32,616 nt of DNA from Promethearchaeota archaeon (GCA_030603385.1 JAUVXW010000044.1:1-32616), one strand, 5' to 3'; shown: positions 22,449 through 31,138, counted from the stretch's first letter. Made by a program: numbers and translations. Notes: generated from the sequence alone by a model not told the origin.

Positions 22449-23306
22449 CTAGAATTCATATCCACATTTTTTACAAACGTGCTTCTTGGCATACATTGGA
22501 ATATGTCCTACGTAGCTTAAAACTTTACTTTTATCTTCGACAGTTTTGATGTTATGACCAACAGAACCACACATAGGACATGTAATTCTCTCATCGGCAG
22601 CGAAACCACCCGCACCTATCTCTGGAGGTTTTAATTCTTCTAATTCAGATTCAACTTCGGTGAGGTGAGCTGTTGTTGACTCTAATGCTTGCTCTTTTTC
22701 AGTAAGAGCATCACTTAATTCTTGGATTTTAGTATCTCTTTGTAATAAGGTATTATTTAATTCACTAAGTTGTGAGTTTAACTGATCAAATTCACTTTGA
22801 GATGCGGTAAGTTTGGAGTTTAAATCTTCATTTTCTGACTTTAGATTACTGATTTCTTCTTGGTTTGTTGAGATTGTACTATTTGCTTCATTTAATTGAG
22901 TTTCTAGATCTGCTGCTTTTTGTGTTGAAGCTTCTAAAGTTGCTATTTTTTCTTCTGAAGTACTTAGGCTTGATTCAAGATCACTAACTTTAGTTTTATG
23001 TTCTTCTAAATCGTTCTTTAAAGCCTCTTTTTCCGCGGTTAGAGCTTCGATAGTTTGATCTTTCCTTTGACCTTCTCCAATTGTTTTTTCAAGCGTATTT
23101 TGAGTGTCATCAAGACTACTTTTAGTATCAGCAAGTTCATTTTGAGTGTTAGCAAGTTTATCTTGTGTTTGAGATAATTCATTTTTGGCTTCGGAAAGTT
23201 GTTTTTCCAGATCGTTGACCTTGGCTCTAAGATCTAACAAGAATCTGCCTGCAACTGACATTTTCTTAGCTGGTTTTGCTTCAGCTTTTTCCCAGTCAAT
23301 ACTAAT
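22449..23306 (-). CDS. Long coiled-coil protein with C-terminal zinc ribbon (CPMCG...CKKCGYEF)
   Basis: Heptad-rich body and a 4-Cys C-terminus. Frame stays open upstream of ATG 23261 to an ATT at 23306, 6 nt after a GGTGA RBS ((M)SIDWEKAEAKPAKK-MSVAGRF). Confidence 0.8.
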   Translation of the reverse strand: MSIDWEKAEAKPAKKMSVAGRFLLDLRAKVNDLEKQLSEAKNELSQTQDKLANTQNELADTKSSLDDTQNTLEKTIGEGQRKDQTIEALTAEKEALKNDLEEHKTKVSDLESSLSTSEEKIATLEASTQKAADLETQLNEANSTISTNQEEISNLKSENEDLNSKLTASQSEFDQLNSQLSELNNTLLQRDTKIQELSDALTEKEQALESTTAHLTEVESELEELKPPEIGAGGFAADERITCPMCGSVGHNIKTVEDKSKVLSYVGHIPMYAKKHVCKKCGYEF

Positions 23307-23519
23307 AATTATTCACCTTTAAACTATTCAAATATCTTTAAATTTTAAATTGATTTATTGAATTTTTTTGATAATAATAATATATATATCATATTGAATT
23401 AAGCTTTTAATTTTTTTTGACTTTAGGGTATCAAATATTTGAATTGAATATTATGATTTAATTATTTTCAAAATTATAATATATTATAAGGAAATCATTA
23501 GTGAAGTTCGATAAATTAA

Positions 23520-24368
23520 ATGAACGATACGGAAAATTCACAATTTAAAATCGAATATATTTCAACCTCAGGAGTTTACAAAACTCCGTTTACATTAATT
23601 ATTCTTCTACAATTATTTGTTGGGGGAATTGTTTTAGTTTTCATTAATTTTTGGTTTATCAACCAACTATATTTTCTTCTTACAGGAAAAGAATTTTTTT
23701 CTTTAGGTCTTACTGCTGAATGGTATTATTGGTTATTATTGCCTTTAAATCTTTATGGAAATATATTTTTATTTGCGTTTTCCATCATACTATTTTCAGC
23801 GGGTATTAACAAAATTTTAAACAAAATGTATCCTCCAAGAGAAGGTGTTTTCAAGAGAGGAAGTAAAGAGTGGAAATATACCCATCGAAGATTTTGGAAT
23901 GCATATTTTCCTATTTGGCTCGCAAGGGCATTACCTATACCATGGACTGACATTTTTGCTTACCGTTTCTTTGGAGTTTCAATTGGTAAAAATGTCGTTG
24001 CCTATGAAGGCTATATTGATCCCGAGTTTATAGAAATAGGGGATTTTACTATGACTTCATCGAACATATGTATCTTTTCCCATCTGATATACCATGAGCA
24101 AATCATAATAAAAAAGGTAAAAATTGGTAAAGCTTGTGTTGTTGGACCTCAAACAATTGTCAGTCCTGGTACCGTCATGCAAGATGGAGCTGTTTTAGGA
24201 GCCAATAGTTATACTTGGGTAGGACAAGAATTAGAGAGTGATTTGATTCATGTTGGAACTCCTGTAAGTATGACATTTCCAATCCAATCATTAGAAGAAT
24301 CTCAAGAAAAAGCAGAAAGAGTTATAAGTGATCCTCTTGAAAACAGAGAAGGAGATGATAGTATTTAG
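23520..24368 (+). CDS. Membrane protein with left-handed beta-helix (hexapeptide) acyltransferase domain
   Basis: Two N-terminal TM segments, PPREGVF, FFGVSIGKNV, IEIGD, VKIGKACVVG, GTVMQDGAVLGA repeats. Confidence 0.85.
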   Translation: MNDTENSQFKIEYISTSGVYKTPFTLIILLQLFVGGIVLVFINFWFINQLYFLLTGKEFFSLGLTAEWYYWLLLPLNLYGNIFLFAFSIILFSAGINKILNKMYPPREGVFKRGSKEWKYTHRRFWNAYFPIWLARALPIPWTDIFAYRFFGVSIGKNVVAYEGYIDPEFIEIGDFTMTSSNICIFSHLIYHEQIIIKKVKIGKACVVGPQTIVSPGTVMQDGAVLGANSYTWVGQELESDLIHVGTPVSMTFPIQSLEESQEKAERVISDPLENREGDDSI

Positions 24369-24401
24369 ATGTTTCAACCCGCGAGTTTAAAAGGTGATTT
24401 T
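24369..24401 (+). pseudogene. Orphaned original 5' end of the downstream acyltransferase gene (MFQPASLKGD)
   Basis: ATG immediately follows the upstream TAG, with GGAGATG RBS. 8/10 aa identical to MFSPASLKCD at 26717. Confidence 0.75.
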
Positions 24402-26746
24402 GTCTATAAGGAATTATAATAATCCCTAATATGATATATTAATAAAATAGTCTCTATTCCATTGTTATTTAAAAAATACTTAGTAGGTCTTCCAGCTATA
24501 ATGTCTACAAATTGTGTGATAACATTTTTTTTTTTATAAAAATAATTACTAATACTTGATGAACTTATTTTTAAATATTCTGCTAAGGTATAAACAGTAA
24601 CATCATGACCCGATTTCGTAATCTCATAAATTGCTGTTAAATATCTTTCAATGCTTTCAGTAATTTTAAAGTTTTTTTTTAGTGGATTCCCAACTAGCGA
24701 GCTATTATAATGAATAATAGTGAAATTTTTAGAAACAGAATTATAATCCTCGAGTATTCTTTTCACAACATTTTTATTCTCATAAATTTCATCTAGTAAA
24801 TGAAATTTTTCATAGTGAATAACTGTATGACAATTTGAACAGATATACCCTCCTCTTTCTTGTTCTAATATTTTCACGATTTCTGAACATGAATGAAGAC
24901 TATATAAATTTGAAGCTTCAATATTTTTTGTTTTTTTATCTTCATGATTAAAATGGAATGCTGAGAGATGTTTCTTTGTATTAAATTCCACACAAGTAGG
25001 ACAATATTCTCCATAGACACACTCTATAATATATCTCTTTTTTATATAACTTTTGATACGCCTTCTTATCTCTTTTTTAAATTTTATTGGCAAATTTCTA
25101 GTTAACCTATGATTCTCTACTGAAGTTCTAATAAGTAAATGAATTAATTCCGCAGGTAAGGAAAAAAGATTTTCCCAATTAATAAGATAATTAAAATATT
25201 TAAAATAACTTTCATGTAGCATATGGTGATGATTTCTACATACTAAAATTACTTTCTCTGATTCCATTAAACTAATTAAATGTTCTAAAAAATGCGTGTT
25301 TGCCTGATTTTTAGTAAACATATTATATAAATTATCAACAGTAAATTGATTCTCTTTTTTATTAGTGTTGTGATGGAATTCCAGAGCCTCTAATCTTGAA
25401 ATGTCGGTGTTTTTAATCAATCCTTCTTTCATGCATTCGGGACATTTAGCTTTTCCTTCTTTGAAATATTTTCCATTATAAATGTTTTTTATTAAGTATA
25501 GTTTTATTTTATTTCCAACAATTTTTTCATATTCTTCCTGTTCTTTTTCTCTTTCCTTTTTAGAAAGATTTTTTTGAACATACGAACGAAGTGGAAAAAA
25601 ATCAGAAAAGTGTCGGTATAAAAAATCATAAATTTCTATAACAACATAATAAAATTGTCTAGGTTTTTTAAGTAAATTAATACCTCTTTCAATCAAAGAT
25701 TCAGCAATATATTTAATGACTAAATGTGCACTAATTTTTTTATAAAACATGCTTGAAATGATTATTTGTTTAATTAATTCGACCAAATCAGAAAAATATC
25801 TGATGAATGTATCTTGATATAAAGTGAGCATTTCATGAAGCATACTAATGTCTTTTTGAGTTAATAATTTAGGAAGATTAATACCATTCAAGATATTTCC
25901 TTTCAGAGATGAAACAAGTTTAGAAGTTTTAATCTCAGTATCCTTTATTAATCCGAATAAATAAAGAGAAATAATGTTTCTAATATTATTAAAACCAGGA
26001 TAAGAAGGAAAACGGAATTCTGTCCTTGGATATAATTGTCCAAAGTATTTTTTATAGTAACTTGAGATATCACTAGATGATTTTATATTGATGCTAGTTA
26101 GTCCAGCTATTTCTTCTCTAGTAATTATTGGCATGTTTTTGTTTGAAAGAGCGGCTGTATAAATGATAGTGGCTGCAATTTTCTCAAGATTGGCGTTTTT
26201 AGGGATAATAAATTCATTGTTTTTAGCTCTTAAAATGAACTCACTTAATATCTCTAATGATTTTCCCACTATAAACTCCTTTTGTTCGATTGTGCATTCG
26301 ATTGAATCAATTAAATGTTTCAGATATTCTATTATTTTTTGCTTAAAATTAAATTTTTTATTCAAGTTTATCATTTTCTATTATAAGAAATGCTTACTAT
26401 TTGATTCAATGACAGTGAAAAATTTCAAGGTATATATAATCCAACATTTCTCTCTTGTAATTTTTCTAAAACTTCTAGAGATTGTTTATTACTCGTGTAT
26501 CCATTACACCAAATTAGTAATTTATTCAGAACATTTCCTTATTTCAAAAACATGCCATTCACCACGATAAATTGCTTTTCTAATTCTCCTTTCATTTCCT
26601 TACTTGTTTAAATTTTAGAATATTGCATAAATCTTTATTATTGTTATCATTAAATTTTTTACATTAGGAACTCTAAGTAAACATAGAATATTTAAAAAGA
26701 CTTTATTGTAAAATAAATGTTTTCTCCTGCTAGTTTGAAGTGCGAT
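24400..26746. mobile_element. Putative free-standing homing-endonuclease-like insertion carrying a replacement gene 5' end
   Basis: Antisense HNH-type gene flanked by two diverged copies of the same 10 codons. Boundaries approximate; no terminal inverted repeats seen. Confidence 0.65.
24404..26374 (-). CDS. Multidomain putative endonuclease: TFIIB/cyclin-like N-terminus, two Zn-binding HNH-like modules, C-terminal winged HTH
   Basis: IAATIIYTAAL...ITREEIAGL...SSDISSYY (TFIIB repeat-like); CPEC...ALEFHH...CRNHHHMLH; CPTC...AFHFNH...CSNCHTVIH; ERYLTAIYEI...VTVYTLAEYLKISSSSISNYF...YFLNNNG (DtxR/MarR-like wHTH). Confidence 0.75.
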   Translation of the reverse strand: MINLNKKFNFKQKIIEYLKHLIDSIECTIEQKEFIVGKSLEILSEFILRAKNNEFIIPKNANLEKIAATIIYTAALSNKNMPIITREEIAGLTSINIKSSSDISSYYKKYFGQLYPRTEFRFPSYPGFNNIRNIISLYLFGLIKDTEIKTSKLVSSLKGNILNGINLPKLLTQKDISMLHEMLTLYQDTFIRYFSDLVELIKQIIISSMFYKKISAHLVIKYIAESLIERGINLLKKPRQFYYVVIEIYDFLYRHFSDFFPLRSYVQKNLSKKEREKEQEEYEKIVGNKIKLYLIKNIYNGKYFKEGKAKCPECMKEGLIKNTDISRLEALEFHHNTNKKENQFTVDNLYNMFTKNQANTHFLEHLISLMESEKVILVCRNHHHMLHESYFKYFNYLINWENLFSLPAELIHLLIRTSVENHRLTRNLPIKFKKEIRRRIKSYIKKRYIIECVYGEYCPTCVEFNTKKHLSAFHFNHEDKKTKNIEASNLYSLHSCSEIVKILEQERGGYICSNCHTVIHYEKFHLLDEIYENKNVVKRILEDYNSVSKNFTIIHYNSSLVGNPLKKNFKITESIERYLTAIYEITKSGHDVTVYTLAEYLKISSSSISNYFYKKKNVITQFVDIIAGRPTKYFLNNNGIETILLIYHIRDYYNSL

Positions 26747-27454
26747 TCTCCCACACCGATAGATGAGAGAATACGGAATAAATATCTTATCATATATTTA
26801 ATGATAATTATCCTGAGTTTTATTCCTTGCTCCTTATTTGAATATATTTATGTATTATATTTATGGAAAGAGGGATTGTATTTACTTTTCTTTTTATTAC
26901 TTCCGTTTAATTTCTTGATTTTAATTTATATACTCCAAATAAGTGCAATATTATTTTCTGTCCTATTTTTAACTATTATTAATCTATTATTTCCCCCTAA
27001 AGAGGGAATTTTTTCTCGAGATGTAGGAGATAAAAATTATTTGTTTTGGAATTTAAGAAATCTTTCCAAAAAATGGCCCTTATTTATCTCGGCTTCAAAT
27101 CCTTTTCCTTGGCTGAAAAATCGTTTTACTCTTAGATTTTTTGGAGTAAGGATTGGTAAGAAGGCGATATGTGATACATGTTGGATCTCTTCTGAGTTTG
27201 TAAATATTGGTAATAATGTTATTATTGGAATGGGAAGCACACTTTTAAGTTTCGGAATTGAACAAGATAAATTTATATTAAAAAGGATTCAAGTAGAAGA
27301 TAACGTATTAATTGGAGCTAAATGTGTTTTATTACCAGGTACTATTATAAAAAAAGACTCAAAATTATCAGCTCATTCCTATACAAATTTTGATGATATA
27401 TTAAAGGAGAATTCAATTTATTCAGGTCATCCTGCAAAAATAAAAGAAGTCTAA
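26717..27454 (+). CDS. Second membrane-bound hexapeptide-repeat acyltransferase, paralog of 23520-24368
   Basis: TM segments, PPKEGIF, FFGVRIGKKA, VNIGNNVIIG, VEDNVLIGAKCVLLPGTII, YSGHPAK. Confidence 0.85.
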   Translation: MFSPASLKCDSPTPIDERIRNKYLIIYLMIIILSFIPCSLFEYIYVLYLWKEGLYLLFFLLLPFNFLILIYILQISAILFSVLFLTIINLLFPPKEGIFSRDVGDKNYLFWNLRNLSKKWPLFISASNPFPWLKNRFTLRFFGVRIGKKAICDTCWISSEFVNIGNNVIIGMGSTLLSFGIEQDKFILKRIQVEDNVLIGAKCVLLPGTIIKKDSKLSAHSYTNFDDILKENSIYSGHPAKIKEV

Positions 27455-27460
27455 ACAAAT

Positions 27461-29056
27461 ATGATAACTGAAAAAAGTAACAGATTAGAAATTAAACAAA
27501 AAATTGAAACTAGAAAAAGACTTGTAATTATTTCTGATACTCATATTAGTCGGTCAGGAGGTCCCTTTAACTTACATACATTTAATTTAGGTGTAGAACA
27601 AATAAATAAGATAGAAGATGTCGATTTATTTCTACATTTAGGTGATATAACTCAAAATGGTACTTTATTAGAATATGAGTATACATCAGAACAATTTAAA
27701 AAGTTTGAGCCCGTTTCTAAATGTCCGTTAATGATACTTATTGGAAATCATGATGCAATGAACGTAGGGTACCTTTTGTTTGAGGAGATGATCGGTAGAA
27801 GGCATTATGAGTATGAAGATGAGGAGTTATTTGTTATCGGAATTGATAGCACTAAACCTGACTTACCTGGTGGAATTATTCATCACAATATAATTGAATT
27901 AGTTCGAGAAGAATTAATAAAAAAGGAAAGAGAAAACAAATTTAAAATAGTTTGTTTTCACCATCAACTCATCCCGATTCCTAATACCGGAAAAGAAAGA
28001 TCTGCAATTGATGATTCAGGCGATATGCTTAAAATGCTCTTAGAAGCAAAGGCAGATTTAGTTTTAAATGGACATCGTCATACATCAAATTTATATACTT
28101 TGAGTAATAGTGAAAAAGATCTATATGTTTTTAATGCGGGTACATTCTGTTGTAATAAAACAAGATATCGCGAATTATTTACCTATGCAATCATCGACAT
28201 TGAGGGAAATAATCTCACTTTTAAGGTAATTCCAATATTAGATTCTAACTCTATGCATGAAATTCATCGTGAAGTTAACTATTATCTTCCATTAGAAATA
28301 AAAAAAGGTCTAAAACCATTATGTAGATTTATGCAAATGTCACAATCTTTAATCACCGCTGAATCTGAAAATGTGGTGACTAACTTTGACAAAGCAATTG
28401 AGCGTATAAATAAAATAAGCGATGTAGATTTAGTTGTACATACTGGAAATGTAACTCAAAATAGTTATAAGGAAGAATTTAGAATAGCTAAAGAAAAAAT
28501 AGATAATTTAAAATATCCTTATATAGTTGTACCTGGGTACACGGATTCGAAACCTCTCTTTTGGGATTATTGGAGACGGAATTTTGGTGAATTCGATCCC
28601 TTGTTTGAAAACGAAAAGATATACTTTCAAGGATTAAATTCTACAATCCAAGATTCTACTGAGGGGTCCATAGGACGAAAAAGAATGAATAAATTTATTG
28701 AAAAAGTTTTATCCCATAGCCATCAAAAAATATTTGGTGTTTGTTGTTTTCATAGTTTAATTCCTACCCCTTTAAGCGTATGGAGAACAGAATTAAATGA
28801 TTCTGGAGACGTACTCTCTCAATTTGCTCGGTCTCAAATTGAACTTTGCTTAAATAGCACCCCCAGTATCTCCTTTAATGTTAAAATTGATAATACTGTG
28901 TTCTCTAATGGTGGAAATCTTAGATCTGAAAGATTTTTTGAGGCTTTTATTGAAATTGAAATCTATAAAGAGGGATATGTTGTATTGAAAGAGCATAATT
29001 TGAAAACGGGAGAAACTAAAACTATAGGGACCTATAATATAACCATTTTCATATGA
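27461..29056 (+). CDS. Metallophosphoesterase (calcineurin-like) with tandem domains, second degenerate
   Basis: Domain 1 has SDTH, LGD, GNHD, FHH, NGHRH. Domain 2 has SQS, TGN, PGYTD, FHS, NSTP at the equivalent positions. Confidence 0.88.
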   Translation: MITEKSNRLEIKQKIETRKRLVIISDTHISRSGGPFNLHTFNLGVEQINKIEDVDLFLHLGDITQNGTLLEYEYTSEQFKKFEPVSKCPLMILIGNHDAMNVGYLLFEEMIGRRHYEYEDEELFVIGIDSTKPDLPGGIIHHNIIELVREELIKKERENKFKIVCFHHQLIPIPNTGKERSAIDDSGDMLKMLLEAKADLVLNGHRHTSNLYTLSNSEKDLYVFNAGTFCCNKTRYRELFTYAIIDIEGNNLTFKVIPILDSNSMHEIHREVNYYLPLEIKKGLKPLCRFMQMSQSLITAESENVVTNFDKAIERINKISDVDLVVHTGNVTQNSYKEEFRIAKEKIDNLKYPYIVVPGYTDSKPLFWDYWRRNFGEFDPLFENEKIYFQGLNSTIQDSTEGSIGRKRMNKFIEKVLSHSHQKIFGVCCFHSLIPTPLSVWRTELNDSGDVLSQFARSQIELCLNSTPSISFNVKIDNTVFSNGGNLRSERFFEAFIEIEIYKEGYVVLKEHNLKTGETKTIGTYNITIFI

Positions 29057-29153
29057 TTAAAAGAAAGTTATCTCCTTTTTTTCATAAAAAATAAACTTAA
29101 AAAGAATATTTTTTTTATATGATTAAGCTAAACGCTTTAAATGAATAATTATT

Positions 29154-29435
29154 ATGGCTAAAGTAAAATTACACTTATTAAACATTTTCCAGCTAAAACT
29201 CAACCAGAAATTCATTGAATATGAAGGTAAAAACGTTGGAGTTATAATCTCTCAATTTTTAGGGGAGTATAAAGAGAAGCTTGGAGATGATTTATTAGAT
29301 AAAAGTAGAACCAAGCTTAACCCTCAAATTTTAATTCTGTTGAATGGAAGAAACATTAAATACCTAAAAAATTACAAAACAAAACTCAACGAGAATGATG
29401 ATCTCTACTTATCCTTTGCTCTAGCGGGTGGATAA
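29154..29435 (+). CDS. Ubiquitin-like beta-grasp protein (MoaD/ThiS/SAMP/Urm1 family)
   Basis: ILILLNGRNI...L...D.L...ALAGG with C-terminal di-glycine. Confidence 0.9.
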   Translation: MAKVKLHLLNIFQLKLNQKFIEYEGKNVGVIISQFLGEYKEKLGDDLLDKSRTKLNPQILILLNGRNIKYLKNYKTKLNENDDLYLSFALAGG

Positions 29436-29590
29436 AAATGTTTGCACTCATTCTAAGACAAATTTATTGAGTTTTTAAACATTAAGCTTAAATATAAAGG
29501 GAATTATATTTTTTTTACTAAAAGCCATAATTTATTAATAGTTTTTAATATTGAAATTTTAGGTAAAGCTTTCTTATTAGGTGATGAAGA

Positions 29591-30526
29591 GTTTCAAAAA
29601 AAATTGCATTCATGGGATTAGATTTCGCAGGTAAAACCAGTATCATAACAGCAATTACGAAACGATTTGGTTTTGAAGAACAGATCTCTAAATTAGCACC
29701 AACGAGAAGAATTGCTCGCGATACTTTTAAATTTTTAGGATTGGAATTTTCAAGACTTGATTTTGGCGGTCAGCGAATTTATAGGAAAGATTATTTAAAA
29801 CATCCAGAGAAATTCTTGAGCGGAATAGATTTGATTTTTTATGTTATAGATGCTCAAGATTTTGATAGGTATATTGAATCAATAGATTATTTGGAAGAAG
29901 TATTATTATTTTTTAAGGAATACCAAGAAGATGTAATAGTAGCGATCCTCTTTCATAAGTTCGACCCTCAACTTATAGATGATGTAGAAATAAACAAAAG
30001 GATCCTTACCCTAAAACAAGCATTAACAAGATATTCTAATCATTTCGATATTTTTTTCTTTGAAACAACAATATTCGATATCAAGTCTGTCATGGATGCT
30101 TTTTCAAGCGGATTATCAATGCTTTTCGAAAAAATGGAAATGGTCTCTAATTTATTTGCAGAAATTAGTAAGAACTATAATGCAATCCTAATATCATTAT
30201 TCGATTCAAAAGGGATAACACTCGGGGAGTTTTATCGTCCACACCTACAATTGATACAAAAATTAAAAATTTATGAGATATATTTAGATTTACAAAAACG
30301 TATTATTTCAGAAAGTAGAACCTTGTATGAATTTTCTGATAAATTTGAGAATGGTGAAAGGTTTTCTGGTGTCATCGAAGTCCTTAAATTCGGAAATTTA
30401 GAGTTTTATTTACTTTTTATTATTGAAGAAGATCAAAAAGATTTAGAGAAGACCGTAACACTATTAGATAAAATCGAATCAGCTAAGCCTCAAATGGAGA
30501 ATTTAATCTTACAAATTATCCAATAA
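29591..30526 (+). CDS. Arf/Rag-like small GTPase with C-terminal roadblock/longin-like domain
   Basis: (V)SKKIAFM-GLDFAGKT (G1), APT (G2), DFGGQ (G3), HKFD (G4), ETTI (G5), plus a ~130-aa alpha/beta C-terminal domain (LFDSKGITLGEF). True start uncertain (GTT 29591, or ATG 29584 with a frameshift). Confidence 0.85.
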   Translation, partial: VSKKIAFMGLDFAGKTSIITAITKRFGFEEQISKLAPTRRIARDTFKFLGLEFSRLDFGGQRIYRKDYLKHPEKFLSGIDLIFYVIDAQDFDRYIESIDYLEEVLLFFKEYQEDVIVAILFHKFDPQLIDDVEINKRILTLKQALTRYSNHFDIFFFETTIFDIKSVMDAFSSGLSMLFEKMEMVSNLFAEISKNYNAILISLFDSKGITLGEFYRPHLQLIQKLKIYEIYLDLQKRIISESRTLYEFSDKFENGERFSGVIEVLKFGNLEFYLLFIIEEDQKDLEKTVTLLDKIESAKPQMENLILQIIQ

Positions 30527-30599
30527 AGCTTAAAAATTATCCAAAAGTAAGTTATTAATTTTTCTTCATTAAATATATTAATTTAGTAATTTAAAGAAG

Positions 30600-30704
30600 C
30601 GCAGATGGAGGGAATTGAACCCCCGAGCGCTTACGCGCACCGGCTCTTTAGGTTATTGAGAAAAACTCTCGAAGCCGGCGTCTTACCAGCTAGGCTACAT
30701 CTGC
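30600..30704 (-). tRNA. tRNA-Ser(CGA) with 22-nt intron at 37/38 (30646-30667)
   Basis: Acceptor GCAGATG/CATCTGC with G73, D-loop TAGCTGGTAA, anticodon stem CCGGC/GCCGG, loop TT-CGA-G^A, long variable arm GCGC-GTAA-GCGC, T-arm GGGGG-TTCAATT-CCCTC. CCA not encoded. Confidence 0.92.
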
Positions 30705-30838
30705 TATTTCAGTTTTAATTTCAAGCTTCAATACTGTTTTCTTATGAAACTTAAAACATCTCAAATATAAAATACTTTCTTTTTACATGAAAGAAATGAA
30801 ATAATCTGTTTATTTTAACTTATGGCTATTAGAGATTA

Positions 30839-31138
30839 TTAAGAAGTAGGAACATAGATTTTTAATTTTAAAGTTGGATCCAGCAGTCTTATCAAGCCTT
30901 CTTCTTCATATTGCTTTAAAAGTATTTTTGCTGTTGAGACTCTAATATCAAACTTTAAAGCGAGATCTGTTGCTAAAATCGATTTTTTCTTCGAAATTGA
31001 TTTTCTTATTTCTTTTTCAAGATTTTTAGGTATAAAAGCGTCTCTTTCAACAACACTTATCTGTTTAGTTCTGCCATATTTTCTTCTAAGATTTAATGTG
31101 GCTTTTCTAACAAGGAGTTTTTCTTCTTTCTCTGACAT
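30839..31138 (-). CDS. rps25e: Ribosomal protein eS25-like (winged helix)
   Basis: Basic N-terminus, then ILATDLALKFDIRVSTAKILLKQYEEEGLIRLL...KIYVP, the eS25 wHTH pattern. Confidence 0.72.
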   Translation of the reverse strand: MSEKEEKLLVRKATLNLRRKYGRTKQISVVERDAFIPKNLEKEIRKSISKKKSILATDLALKFDIRVSTAKILLKQYEEEGLIRLLDPTLKLKIYVPTS

